A stretch of DNA of 64,000 nt, from the NCBI GenBank assembly GCA_965233585.1, contig CBDDTI010000746.1, positions 121,905 through 185,904 of the forward strand. The letters run 5' to 3'. Position 1 is the stretch's first letter. Every line of letters starts with the position of its first letter. A model generated the notes under the pieces. The model was not told the origin of the DNA and searched no databases. It saw nothing but the letters and a program-made list of their open reading frames with translations. The stretch is from a bacterium (GTDB lineage: Bacteria; SAR324; NAC60-12). Of the stretch, positions 9,375-19,312 are shown one piece after another. Made by a program: the position numbers and the translations under genes.

Positions 9375-10127
9375 TTTGTGTAAGTTACTCCTTCCCCGTT
9401 ATCTACAGGCAACATGCAACCGGCAAAAATATGAGAATTTTCAGAAATGAGTAATTGAATCAAAGGCATCAGTTGTGATGTGTTCATCACAGGTACCGAA
9501 TTTGGCAAATGTTCTTGAAACCATTTTTCATAGATATCTGGTTTGTTCTCTTTCAAACGATCCATGGCACTATTATGACCGAGAAAAGCACTAGGCATAA
9601 TTCCTGAAATTGTGACTCCGCGTGTACTCATTTCTCTACCTAGATATCTGACATAAGCAGCTAATGCTGCTTTCACAGTATTGTATCCAACTGAAGCCAC
9701 TGCATAAGATGATGCGGTAGAACCAATATGCACTACATTTCCTTTTCGTTTTTCAATCATCAGAGGTATTAACGATTGGTTTAAAGCAATTCCTCCAGTT
9801 AAATTGACAGCGAGCAGTTGGTTGATTTCTTCAATAGTTAAAAGTGGTCTCCTCAAACCTAATCCGCCACCAGCACAATGAATAACATTATCAACAAATG
9901 GTGTAAATTTAAATAATTCTTTTTTAGCTATTGTAATACTTTTTTTGTCCAATAGATCTAGTTTGAGAACGAAATGATTGTATGGATTTTGAAAAGAAGA
10001 ACGTATTTCTTCTAATTCTTCCAGAGATCGTGCTGCTAAAATTATGTGATACCCTTGTTGTTCAAAAAAAAATAGCACACTGCTTTCCTAAACCTCTGGA
10101 AGATCCTGTGATGAGCAGGGTTTTCAT
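9371..10127 (-). pseudogene. SDR-family oxidoreductase with a frameshift inside an A9 homopolymer (10064..10072). Either pseudogene, phase-variable, or sequencing error
   Basis: An alternative frame from ATG 10127 encodes MKTLLITGSSRGLGKQCAIFF, the SDR TGxxxGxG N-terminus. It runs into the A9 tract. The rest of the SDR (EQQGYHIILAARSLEELEEI..., 235 aa) is in the listed ORF frame. Confidence 0.7.
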
Positions 10128-10149
10128 TTATCAATATATCAAATAGATT

Positions 10150-10809
10150 CTAAGGAATAAACCAATAATAATCTCCAGTATAACTGGCTTCTTGAAAAAA
10201 AGTTTTCCACTCTTCGGTGTGCATGTAAGTCAGGCCTGTCAAATTCCATGCATTCATTCTTTTCTTTTCTTCGTTATTCCTATAAGCATCATTGATGGTA
10301 AAAGCATCTTTTTTACTGACTCTCATCATTTCTTTCAGGGCTTTTTTACAAGCATCTTTTTCTAAATTATGAATCGTATTGATAGCAATCACCAAATCAA
10401 AACTATTATCTTCAAAAGGCAAATCATCGGCACTAGCCACTTGGACAAAGTCTTTGATTTCTGCTTTAGCATTAGCAATAGCATACTCTGATATGTCAAT
10501 CCCTCTGATTTCAAAAGTAGGATTATATTGTTTGAAATCATAAAGCATGAATCCTTTAGCACAACCTACATCTAAAATTGTTGCTCCATCTTGCAGATCA
10601 TAAAATTCTACAAAATCAGGCACTACTGGTTTCCAAAATCGTTCGCTATAATAATGCCCTCCATACCCTACTTTTCTGTCTCCATCAAAAAATTCTTGAC
10701 CAAATTGTCTAGCAATTTTTCGATCTTCTTCTGTTTTTTCTTCAAGCCTTTGAGCTAGATCTCTTTTGGCTCTAGGATAGTTTTTCAATAAATTAATCTC
10801 TTGTTGCAT
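10150..10809 (-). CDS. Class I SAM-dependent methyltransferase (219 aa)
   Basis: ILDVGCAKGF is motif I. It is the intact paralog of 8485..9164. Confidence 0.65.
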   Translation of the reverse strand: MQQEINLLKNYPRAKRDLAQRLEEKTEEDRKIARQFGQEFFDGDRKVGYGGHYYSERFWKPVVPDFVEFYDLQDGATILDVGCAKGFMLYDFKQYNPTFEIRGIDISEYAIANAKAEIKDFVQVASADDLPFEDNSFDLVIAINTIHNLEKDACKKALKEMMRVSKKDAFTINDAYRNNEEKKRMNAWNLTGLTYMHTEEWKTFFQEASYTGDYYWFIP

Positions 10810-10833
10810 GATTTTTTCTAAAAATTTGTGTTA

Positions 10834-11886
10834 TCAAAAGGGACCTTGAAACCAATCACCGGGAATATCATGGTGTTGATCTGATTTTAACAGAATTTTT
10901 TCATCTAATTTCCAATTCAGCATCTCAAATACAGTATGAACAATATCATTAGCGTTTTTGTAATAATGCTTGCTCAAATAATAACTTGTAGGGCTAGGCA
11001 TATTAGGAACAGCTAAAACACGAGGAGCAACCTTTAAATCTTGAAAACAGTGTTGACTCACTTTGGCTACAACCTCACTTGCAATACAAAAACTTTCATG
11101 CGATAAATCTACAGCTAACAATCTACCTGTTTTTTGAACAGAAGTTTTGATAGTTTCAAAATCCAAGGGTGATACACTTTTTAAATCAATCACTTCAGCA
11201 TGGATTCCTACTTGTTCTAAAATTTGACTTGCTTTAAGAGATTCTAAAGCCATTAAAGAATAAGCCACAATAGTTATATCTTTGCCTTGCTTAACAATTC
11301 TAGCTTGGTCTAAAGGAAGTTCAAAGTATTTGTCTCGTACTTCATCTTTGATGTTGTGTAACCAGCGATGCTCTAAAAATAAAATAGGATTAGGATCAAA
11401 AATACTTGCCAGTAAAAATCCTTTTGCATCTGATGGAGTAGTAGGCATTATGACTTTTAACCCCGGTACATGAGCAAACAAACTTTGCAAAGATTGAGAA
11501 TGCGTTGGTCCTTGTCCCCAACCTCTTCCAATAATCAAACGAATGGTAATAGGAACATGTGAAGCACCACCAAACATATAATGCCATTTTGCTGCATTAT
11601 TGACAAGTTGATCAAAGGCTAACAAAAAAAAATCTAACCTTTGATGGACAAACACACTTCTAACTCCATTCAAACTCGCACCTATGGCTATTCCCGTCAT
11701 AGCATTTTCACTGCAAGGTGTGTCGAAAACTCTTGCTTTTCCAAAAGTTTCTTGTAGCCCAGTAGTAGTTCCAAAAATAGCTTTAGGATCAGGGACTCCT
11801 AAACCATACACCAGCATATCACTATCTTTTTGCATAGCAATATGCAGTGCTTCATTGATAGCTTCAGCGAAGGTAATTGTTCTCAC
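10834..11886 (-). CDS. TPP-dependent 2-oxoacid dehydrogenase/transketolase-like E1 component, beta subunit
   Basis: 350 aa, with E1-beta/transketolase C-terminal-like architecture. It is translationally coupled (overlap 11883-11886) to the alpha subunit. Confidence 0.7.
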   Translation of the reverse strand: MRTITFAEAINEALHIAMQKDSDMLVYGLGVPDPKAIFGTTTGLQETFGKARVFDTPCSENAMTGIAIGASLNGVRSVFVHQRLDFFLLAFDQLVNNAAKWHYMFGGASHVPITIRLIIGRGWGQGPTHSQSLQSLFAHVPGLKVIMPTTPSDAKGFLLASIFDPNPILFLEHRWLHNIKDEVRDKYFELPLDQARIVKQGKDITIVAYSLMALESLKASQILEQVGIHAEVIDLKSVSPLDFETIKTSVQKTGRLLAVDLSHESFCIASEVVAKVSQHCFQDLKVAPRVLAVPNMPSPTSYYLSKHYYKNANDIVHTVFEMLNWKLDEKILLKSDQHHDIPGDWFQGPF

Positions 11887-12866
11887 AACGCTTCTTGGAA
11901 TAAGTGAGTGTAAATTTCACTTGGGGTTGGAAAAGGAGAAGACTGAGCAAAAGTAAAGGCATCATGGATTTCTTCTTGAATGTTATTTTCCATTTCCATC
12001 AAATCCTCTTGGCTCATGATTTGTATTTCTAAAAGTTTGTTTTGAAAATAACTGACAGGATCATGTTGGATCCAATCTTCAAATTCTTCTTGAGTTCGGT
12101 ATCCTATGTCATTGTCAAAATTCGTTCCGCAGTGTTCTCTATGCCTGTAAGTATGAAATTCTAAAAAATAAGGTTGTTTCTCCTTTTTAATAAATTCCAC
12201 TGCTTTTTTGCTTTGTTTCATGACTTCTAAAACATCATTACCATTGGCTTCTTCGGAAGTAATTCCAATCGCCTGAACCATTTCATGAATTTTTCTGTTC
12301 TTAGGTTGTCTCACAGCTAAAGGAGAATACACAGAATATAAATTATTTTCACAAATGAAAAGTACAGGTAAGTTTTGAAGAGCAGCAAAGTTAGCACTTT
12401 CATAAAAAACTCCTTCTTCAGTGGCCCCCTCACCAAAAAAAACAGTTGAAACTCTATCCTCTTGTTTGGTTTGAATGGATAATCCCAATCCAACCCCAAC
12501 TGGTATCGTGCCAGCCACAATAGCTGTACTTCCCATAAATCCAACTTTCGTATCTATCAAGTGCATAGAACCTCCCTTGCCTTGACAACAGCCTGTCACT
12601 TTGCCATAAATTTCAGCAATCATTGCTTTTAAACTTCCTCCCTTTGCTAAATAGTGAGCATGTGCCCTATGTCCAGACACTGCAAAATCATAGTCACTTA
12701 AACTAGCACATACTCCAACAGCAACAGCTTCTTGACCTATTGACAAATGGGTAGGACAACGCATTTCTTGATTAGGATATTCTTTTACTATTTCTTCCTC
12801 CACTGCTCGTATCCGTTTGAGATCAAACAATAGAGTTTTTAAAGATTCTTGAGATGCTTGAAACAT
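11883..12866 (-). CDS. TPP-dependent E1 component, alpha subunit
   Basis: FFGEGATEEG...ICENNLYS is a GDG-x(n)-NN TPP-binding-type motif. 327 aa. Confidence 0.7.
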   Translation of the reverse strand: MFQASQESLKTLLFDLKRIRAVEEEIVKEYPNQEMRCPTHLSIGQEAVAVGVCASLSDYDFAVSGHRAHAHYLAKGGSLKAMIAEIYGKVTGCCQGKGGSMHLIDTKVGFMGSTAIVAGTIPVGVGLGLSIQTKQEDRVSTVFFGEGATEEGVFYESANFAALQNLPVLFICENNLYSVYSPLAVRQPKNRKIHEMVQAIGITSEEANGNDVLEVMKQSKKAVEFIKKEKQPYFLEFHTYRHREHCGTNFDNDIGYRTQEEFEDWIQHDPVSYFQNKLLEIQIMSQEDLMEMENNIQEEIHDAFTFAQSSPFPTPSEIYTHLFQEAL

Positions 12867-12941
12867 AGTATCAATTAAAATTTTTATAGAATTACAACTG
12901 AACGATGATATATCTTTTAAAAAGTTTTATTATGAATTGTA

Positions 12942-13769
12942 TTATTTCATCATAGTTGAATGCTTTGGAGAATTAGAAAAGAGTAAATCTGTCCAATAAT
13001 CTATAGATTTTTTAGCATCTAATGCTAGATCATAGTCTTTCATTAATTTATCTACACTAATACTAAAATGATTCAGATTTTCAGAAGATTGTATAATTTG
13101 CGATTTAGATTGTAGTTTTTCTTTCAAATAGACGACTAAATCTAACAAAGTATATTCAACCGAACTAGCAAAGTTTAAAATGTCAAATTTTTTATTAAAA
13201 TCATTGTTTAAAAGAAATTTAAAAATATCATATGGATTTACTAATAAATTAAATTTTTTCAAACTATTAGTTAAGATTACGTCTTGATTCGTAATAAGTT
13301 TATCCAATAATCTGAAAAATAAGTGAGGGTGGATATTTTTTTTAGAAGTAAGTATTGCCGGAAAACGCAGACATAAAACATTCATATCAACACTTTCTAA
13401 CATCTTTTCACCCACTAGTTTTGTCAACCCGTATAAGTCAGGTGTGGATAAAGTATGTTTTTCATCAATATTTTCTTGGTTCGCACTACCATAAACCGAA
13501 TTACTTGAGAAAAACACAAAGTTTTTGATTTGATTTCTATCACAAAACCTAATAACGTCCTGTAAGAAGATAATGTTAGATTGTATTACCTTTTCATAAC
13601 TATGAACAGGACTTGCACCTGCTAAATGCAAAAAAATATCTGCTTCAATATTCTTGGCAGGGTCAAAATTGATAAGATTACAATGATCTTTTAACAAAAA
13701 ACTTAGATCAGAACCTACAGATCCTCTAAATCCATTCCACAAAACTTTTTTACCTTCAATAAAACTCAT
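12942..13769 (-). CDS. NAD-dependent epimerase/dehydratase-like protein (275 aa)
   Basis: KKVLWNGFRGSVGSDL is a Rossmann-like N-terminus. It sits in a sugar cluster. Confidence 0.5.
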   Translation of the reverse strand: MSFIEGKKVLWNGFRGSVGSDLSFLLKDHCNLINFDPAKNIEADIFLHLAGASPVHSYEKVIQSNIIFLQDVIRFCDRNQIKNFVFFSSNSVYGSANQENIDEKHTLSTPDLYGLTKLVGEKMLESVDMNVLCLRFPAILTSKKNIHPHLFFRLLDKLITNQDVILTNSLKKFNLLVNPYDIFKFLLNNDFNKKFDILNFASSVEYTLLDLVVYLKEKLQSKSQIIQSSENLNHFSISVDKLMKDYDLALDAKKSIDYWTDLLFSNSPKHSTMMK

Positions 13770-13805
13770 AGCATTTTTATGAATCTAACATATTTGATAG
13801 TTTTT

Positions 13806-14924
13806 TCAGAACGTGTTCTCTGTGGAATGAAAGAATTGTCCAATGGACTGACAAACAAACTCTATTTGTCCGTCTTTTAAAAAAGGATAAATAGGAAGAC
13901 TCACAATTTCTTTAATAATCTTTTCAGTGATTGGAAAATCACTTTGTTGATAACTTAATCTTTTAGCAATCGGTTGGAGATGCAAAGGAACAGGATAATG
14001 AATTTTGGTTTCTATGCCCTGCTCCAAAAGGAACCTCATCAACTCATCTCTCTGATTTGCATGGACTTGAATGACAAAATTATGATAAACACTTCTCAAA
14101 TTTTTATTAGGAGGAAGACACTTAACAACGTCGTGTAAATTCTCATAATAAAATTTTGCAATTTCCTGATAACGTTTATTCCATTTTGCCAGACGCTTCA
14201 GTTTTACCAAACCAAAAGCCGCTTGTAAATTATCTAATCTGGAATTGACGCCCCAAACAATCGCTTCATCTCTGTTTTTCAATCCATAATTGCGTAAAAG
14301 TCTCAGCTGACTTGCAATATTTTCATCATGGGTAGTAATGATGCCTCCATCTCCCATCAAGTTAAGATTTTTTAGTGGGTGTAAGCTAAAACAACCCGCA
14401 TCAGACAATCCCCCAGTTTTTTTAGCATAGTATGTGGCGCCAATGGATTGAGCTGCATCTTCAATCACGTGGAGACAATGCTTTTTAGCAATAGAATTGA
14501 TTTCATTCATTTTAGCAGGTCTTCCATTCAAATGGACAGGAATGATTGCTCTAGTTTTTGATGTGATGGCTGGCTCAATGAGGTTGGGGTCAATATTAAA
14601 ATCTTCAGCAACATCAACTAAAACAGGCTTTGCTCCAGCACTGATGACAGACGTCATAGTAGCTAGAAAAGAGTGAGCAGGAATAATCACTTCATCATCT
14701 CTCTCTACTCCTAAAACCTTCAAACAAAGCGTGATTGCATCACCACCATTTGCGACACCAACAGCAAACTTTGTTTCACAAAAATCAGCAACTGCTTGCT
14801 CAAAACGCTCCAATTCCTCTCCTAAAATATAAGAACCTTTAGAGCAAACTTGATCAAAAGTTTCTATCAATTCCTCTCTAATTTCTTGATATTCTAAAGA
14901 CAAATCAATAAAAGGAACTCTCAA
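13806..14924 (-). CDS. DegT/DnrJ/EryC1-family sugar aminotransferase
   Basis: GCFSLHPLKNL is the lysine motif. 372 aa. Confidence 0.8.
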   Translation of the reverse strand: MRVPFIDLSLEYQEIREELIETFDQVCSKGSYILGEELERFEQAVADFCETKFAVGVANGGDAITLCLKVLGVERDDEVIIPAHSFLATMTSVISAGAKPVLVDVAEDFNIDPNLIEPAITSKTRAIIPVHLNGRPAKMNEINSIAKKHCLHVIEDAAQSIGATYYAKKTGGLSDAGCFSLHPLKNLNLMGDGGIITTHDENIASQLRLLRNYGLKNRDEAIVWGVNSRLDNLQAAFGLVKLKRLAKWNKRYQEIAKFYYENLHDVVKCLPPNKNLRSVYHNFVIQVHANQRDELMRFLLEQGIETKIHYPVPLHLQPIAKRLSYQQSDFPITEKIIKEIVSLPIYPFLKDGQIEFVCQSIGQFFHSTENTF

Positions 14925-14925
14925 T

Positions 14926-16071
14926 TTAACCTTTATAAAAAGTTTTAATCAATTCAATCACTTGGTCTTGCTGTGCTTGAGTGATAAATTCATGAACAGG
15001 CAGAGAAAGGCAGTGATTTGCAGTGTATTCGCTGACAGGAAAGTCTCCTTTTTGATGATTCAAAAAAGAAGAGGCAGGTTGAAGGTGCATAGGGACTGGA
15101 TAATGCACTTTAGCATCAACTCCATTTTGGATTAAGTAGTCTTTTAATTCATCTCGCCTTTCACAAGTGAACATGTACAGATGATACACATGTTTTTTAT
15201 GAACTTCTCGTTTAGGAATTTTGATCTGTTCTATATTTTCTAACTCCTGGTCAAAATAATGAGCATGTTGGATTCGTTTTGCTGTGATATTTTCAATGTG
15301 ATGATCCAATAAATGTTGTCCCACTACTGCTTGAATAGTGTCTAATCTTGAGTTGTAAGCAAATTCTTGACAAACATTTCTTGAGACCAGCCCGTGGTTG
15401 CGAATCAATCTTAATTGTTCAACGATTTTTTTGTCGTTAGAAACGATGAGTCCCCCATCTCCCCAAACATTCAAATTCTTTAACGGATGCATGCTAAAAC
15501 AAGAGGTGGTGCCAAAATCACCTATTTTCTGGCTCTGATATTCTGATAAAATAGCGTGGCAAGCATCATAAACAATCGGGACGCAATGTTTTTTAGCAAG
15601 ATTTTCTAGGCAGATACAATCACAGGGGTTTCCTGACCAATGCACAGGCACTATCGCCTTAGTCTTTGGAGTCATTGCACTCTCAAGCTGAGAAACATCT
15701 ATGTTGAAATCATCTTTAATATCTACAAAAACAGGCTTTGCTCCAGCAGTCACAATCGCTCCTACAGTTGCATAAAAAGTAAAAGAAGTTGTGATGACTT
15801 CATCACCTTCTTTGACACCAAGAGCCTTTAAGCTTAGGAAAAGTGCATCTGTCCCAGAGCCAACTCCAATGGCATATTTTGCGCCAACTGCTTCTGCAAA
15901 ATTTTCTTCAAACTGATCTACAGCTTTTCCCAAAGTAAAATCGTTTTCAAGTACAACTTGCTCTATCTTTTTGAAGATTTCTTGATAATCGCTAAATTGT
16001 TCTTTCAGATAGTTATGTTTGATAGTCAATTCGCTATCTTTTAGATATTGTTCTGGATAAAAGTTTTTCAT
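14926..16071 (-). CDS. DegT/DnrJ/EryC1-family sugar aminotransferase (tandem paralog)
   Basis: SCFSMHPLKNL. 381 aa. Confidence 0.8.
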   Translation of the reverse strand: MKNFYPEQYLKDSELTIKHNYLKEQFSDYQEIFKKIEQVVLENDFTLGKAVDQFEENFAEAVGAKYAIGVGSGTDALFLSLKALGVKEGDEVITTSFTFYATVGAIVTAGAKPVFVDIKDDFNIDVSQLESAMTPKTKAIVPVHWSGNPCDCICLENLAKKHCVPIVYDACHAILSEYQSQKIGDFGTTSCFSMHPLKNLNVWGDGGLIVSNDKKIVEQLRLIRNHGLVSRNVCQEFAYNSRLDTIQAVVGQHLLDHHIENITAKRIQHAHYFDQELENIEQIKIPKREVHKKHVYHLYMFTCERRDELKDYLIQNGVDAKVHYPVPMHLQPASSFLNHQKGDFPVSEYTANHCLSLPVHEFITQAQQDQVIELIKTFYKG

Positions 16072-16267
16072 GCGATTCCTTCAATAATAAATCTAAACAG
16101 GTTTGGTATTTAAGTCTTCTTTAGAATCTATTTCTACCCAACCTCCTTCTATGTAAATTGGAGTAGCATCTAATAAATTATCTATGATCAATTGAAGAAA
16201 ACTTGTCATATGCATCTCATTCATCGAGTAATGTCGTAATTTTTTTGTAAATCAGAGAAGTTAAACC

Positions 16268-17209
16268 TTAGCTAATCTGCAAATTTTGCATCACTTTTAT
16301 ATTGTAAAATTTATTTTCATCTTTTAAGACTCCCTTATGATACAAATTAGCAATCTCATCAATTGCATCATCTACACAAAAGGAAGGTTGAAAACCTGTA
16401 TTCAGGAGCTTATCAGAATTAAGCCTGTAAGAACGATGGTCTTGAGTATCTATCATTTCTATTTTGGCATCCACCTTTTGAATGATCTTTTCAGCAATAT
16501 TCAATATGGAAATGTTCTCAAAACCTGCATTATAGATGCCTTGTAGTTCTTGACCTTGCTTGATACAGTGCAAATAAACTTCTATCATGTCCTTGATGTG
16601 TATGTTAGGTCTGATATTCTTCTCTCCAAAAACTTTAATCACGCCATTTTTCAAAGCGTGCATAGACAGCATATTGACTGCTGTATCTAACCGCATTCTA
16701 GGAGAATACCCACAAACTGTTGCAGGTCTAATAATTTGGACAAGTATGTCTTTAGTATAGCTCAATAAAACTCGTTCACTAACCATTTTGGTTTTATTGT
16801 AATCACTGATAGGGACTAAATCTAGGTCTTCAGTGACTTGCTCTTCTTCTTTGATGCCATAAACACTGCCACTACTTGCATAAATGAATTGCTTAACATC
16901 ATTTTTGATCGCTTTTTCTACTAAAAACTTTGTTGCTAAAACATTGGTTTCCCAAGAAAGTTTGGGATTTAAATCACTACATGGGTCATTTGCGATATTT
17001 GCCAGATGAATCAAAACATCAACATTCTGCATATTGATTGCTTGAACATCTCTAATATCACCCTTAATGACTTCTAAGTTTTGGTGTTCTTGTAAAAACT
17101 CTCCAAACCAAAATGTGTCTATGACACGCAGCTGGTGTGATTCTTTAAGTAACCTTTCTACCAAAGGAACTCCAACATATCCACCGCCACCTAATATTAA
17201 GATATTCAT
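16268..17209 (-). CDS. NAD-dependent sugar epimerase/dehydratase (UDP-glucose 4-epimerase-like)
   Basis: MNILILGGGGYVGVPLV is the GxxGxxG motif. 313 aa. Confidence 0.75.
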   Translation of the reverse strand: MNILILGGGGYVGVPLVERLLKESHQLRVIDTFWFGEFLQEHQNLEVIKGDIRDVQAINMQNVDVLIHLANIANDPCSDLNPKLSWETNVLATKFLVEKAIKNDVKQFIYASSGSVYGIKEEEQVTEDLDLVPISDYNKTKMVSERVLLSYTKDILVQIIRPATVCGYSPRMRLDTAVNMLSMHALKNGVIKVFGEKNIRPNIHIKDMIEVYLHCIKQGQELQGIYNAGFENISILNIAEKIIQKVDAKIEMIDTQDHRSYRLNSDKLLNTGFQPSFCVDDAIDEIANLYHKGVLKDENKFYNIKVMQNLQIS

Positions 17210-17211
17210 GT

Positions 17212-18264
17212 TTATTCTTTATGTATATAGTTTAGATTTTGTTTCAAAAGTGTTTCCAAATTATTTTTGACCCAACAGATACAATCATCTAACCCTTGTT
17301 CAAGACTCGTATTGAAGTCTGTACAAAATTCATTGGTAAATTGGGAAGAATCTAGCAAGTACGCTTTATCTTTACCTTTTCGTTCTTCTCCAAAATTGAC
17401 ATACTTGTCAAAAGAAATATTTAGTAAATCTGCAATCTTCACCACTAAATCTTTAATACTAATTTGCTCTTGGGTAGAAAGATGATAAAGACTTCCAATC
17501 TTGGATTGTTTCATAATGAGGTAAGTTGCTTGAGCCACATCCTGAATATGAATAAAACTTCTAATTGATGTTCCTCCACCATGCAATGTCAAATTTTGAT
17601 TGGTTAAAAAGTACAAGATTGTTTTTGGAATGATGCGATAAAGTTGTTGACAAGCACCATAAACATTAGCCGCTCTTGTCCACACCACGGGGAAGCCGTA
17701 GGTATTCAGCAGCACTTTTAGGTGCATGTCTATACTTGCTTTAGAAACAGCATAAGGTGTGCTTGGTTGATAATGCGTATTTTCTTGCACTAGACCTTCC
17801 GTATTGCCATAGATTTCAGGAGTAGAAATTTGCACATACTTTTGAATAGAAGTCTCATCCTTTAAATGTTCTAAAAGTTCAACATGAGACAAAAAATTGG
17901 CATGATACCAATGGCTTGGATTCTCAAAACTTTCAGCAACCATACACAGAGCAATAAAATTGACAATGTAGTCAGGCTTAAAAGTTTTGATAAAATCTAC
18001 AATTCCTTGTGTTTGATGGTTTAAGTTGTATTGATAAAAAGTGAAGTTTTTGTAATTAGAGTGGTTTTTGTAGGGAAGAAAGACTTCGTTAATTTCATCA
18101 GATCTGCTGATGCCCACCACCTCATCACCTTGACTCAAACAATGGTTGATGAAGTGAGAACCTGAAAACGAATTACTGCCTAAAACGAGAACTTTACTCA
18201 TTTGACCACGTCTAAAAGCTAGAACAAAGCCCAACATTGTCCTGTAATGTAACCCAAATGTCAA
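17212..18264 (-). CDS. NDP-sugar 4,6-dehydratase-like NAD-dependent epimerase/dehydratase. The likely true start is the internal Met at ~18198 (MSKVLVLGS...)
   Basis: VLVLGSNSFSGSHF is a Rossmann motif, and YAVSKAS is the YxxxK catalytic motif. Confidence 0.7.
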   Translation of the reverse strand: MTFGLHYRTMLGFVLAFRRGQMSKVLVLGSNSFSGSHFINHCLSQGDEVVGISRSDEINEVFLPYKNHSNYKNFTFYQYNLNHQTQGIVDFIKTFKPDYIVNFIALCMVAESFENPSHWYHANFLSHVELLEHLKDETSIQKYVQISTPEIYGNTEGLVQENTHYQPSTPYAVSKASIDMHLKVLLNTYGFPVVWTRAANVYGACQQLYRIIPKTILYFLTNQNLTLHGGGTSIRSFIHIQDVAQATYLIMKQSKIGSLYHLSTQEQISIKDLVVKIADLLNISFDKYVNFGEERKGKDKAYLLDSSQFTNEFCTDFNTSLEQGLDDCICWVKNNLETLLKQNLNYIHKE

Positions 18265-18472
18265 AATGATTGTTCGTTCAAAATTTTGGTAGTGCTACTT
18301 CTTGCTTTTTGGAACAATCAATGGTTTAATAGTGCGAATTTTGGTGTCTAATCGGAGTCAAAGAAAATTTGCACGTACGTTGTGTTTTTGATTTTTCGGG
18401 AAATTTTTTGAGATTTTTTACGAAAGAAGATTTAAACTGCCCCTAACTTGTCATGTTGTGAATGTTGATTGA

Positions 18473-19312
18473 ATGAAGACGGAATTGCTCAAAGCAGAAA
18501 TTGACTCCGATTCTTTTCAGAGTTTTAAGAAGCAAAACCGCTTTCAAGTGTCTTTACCGGAGGTTGCTTTTACCAATCAGGGTGTGTTGTTGCTCAACAG
18601 AGATGACACAACTTTAAAGCTACTAGCCTTATATGGAGGTCAAGATTGTTTTCTTCAGGTTGCTCAACAGCGTGAATGCTTTGGCTTGCGTTCAAAAAAC
18701 TTTGAGCAGTCCTTTGCTCTACATTTGATTTTTGAAAAATCTATTTCCCTTGTCTCCTTGCTTGGAAAGTCCGGGACAGGAAAAACTTTGCTTGCATTAG
18801 CTGCTGGATTGCATGGTGTCTTGATAGACCAAACTTATAGCAGTATCGTCATCGCAAGACCAACAGTTCCTGTGGGAAAAGACATTGGCTACTTGCCCGG
18901 TGATCTTGAAGAAAAATTAAGTCCTTGGATGTCTCCTATTTTTGATAACTTGGAAGTTTTGTTTGAAAGAACCAATGCACAAAAGCATGAGTTGGTAGAA
19001 CAAGGAATCATTAGTTTCACTTCCATCACTCACTTACGAGGACGGAATTTGGCAAACAAATACGTCTTGATAGATGAAGCACAAAACCTTGACACCCACG
19101 AGATCAAGGCAATTCTGACACGTGCAGGTGAGGGAACAAAGGTGGTGTTGACTGGAGACCCTGAACAAGTTGACCATAAGCAGCTTAACCAATATTCAAA
19201 CGGGTTAGTCCAAATGACTCAGGCTTTTCTACCGTACCAGATTTTTGGTACAATCTATTTGAACCATTGTGAGCGGTCTGCTTTAGCCGACCTTGCCTCA
19301 CAGATTTTATAA
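18473..19312 (+). CDS. phoH: PhoH-like ATPase
   Basis: GKSGTGKTLLALAAG is Walker A. YLPGDLEEKLSPWMSPIFD and LIDEAQNL match PhoH. Confidence 0.85.
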   Translation: MKTELLKAEIDSDSFQSFKKQNRFQVSLPEVAFTNQGVLLLNRDDTTLKLLALYGGQDCFLQVAQQRECFGLRSKNFEQSFALHLIFEKSISLVSLLGKSGTGKTLLALAAGLHGVLIDQTYSSIVIARPTVPVGKDIGYLPGDLEEKLSPWMSPIFDNLEVLFERTNAQKHELVEQGIISFTSITHLRGRNLANKYVLIDEAQNLDTHEIKAILTRAGEGTKVVLTGDPEQVDHKQLNQYSNGLVQMTQAFLPYQIFGTIYLNHCERSALADLASQIL

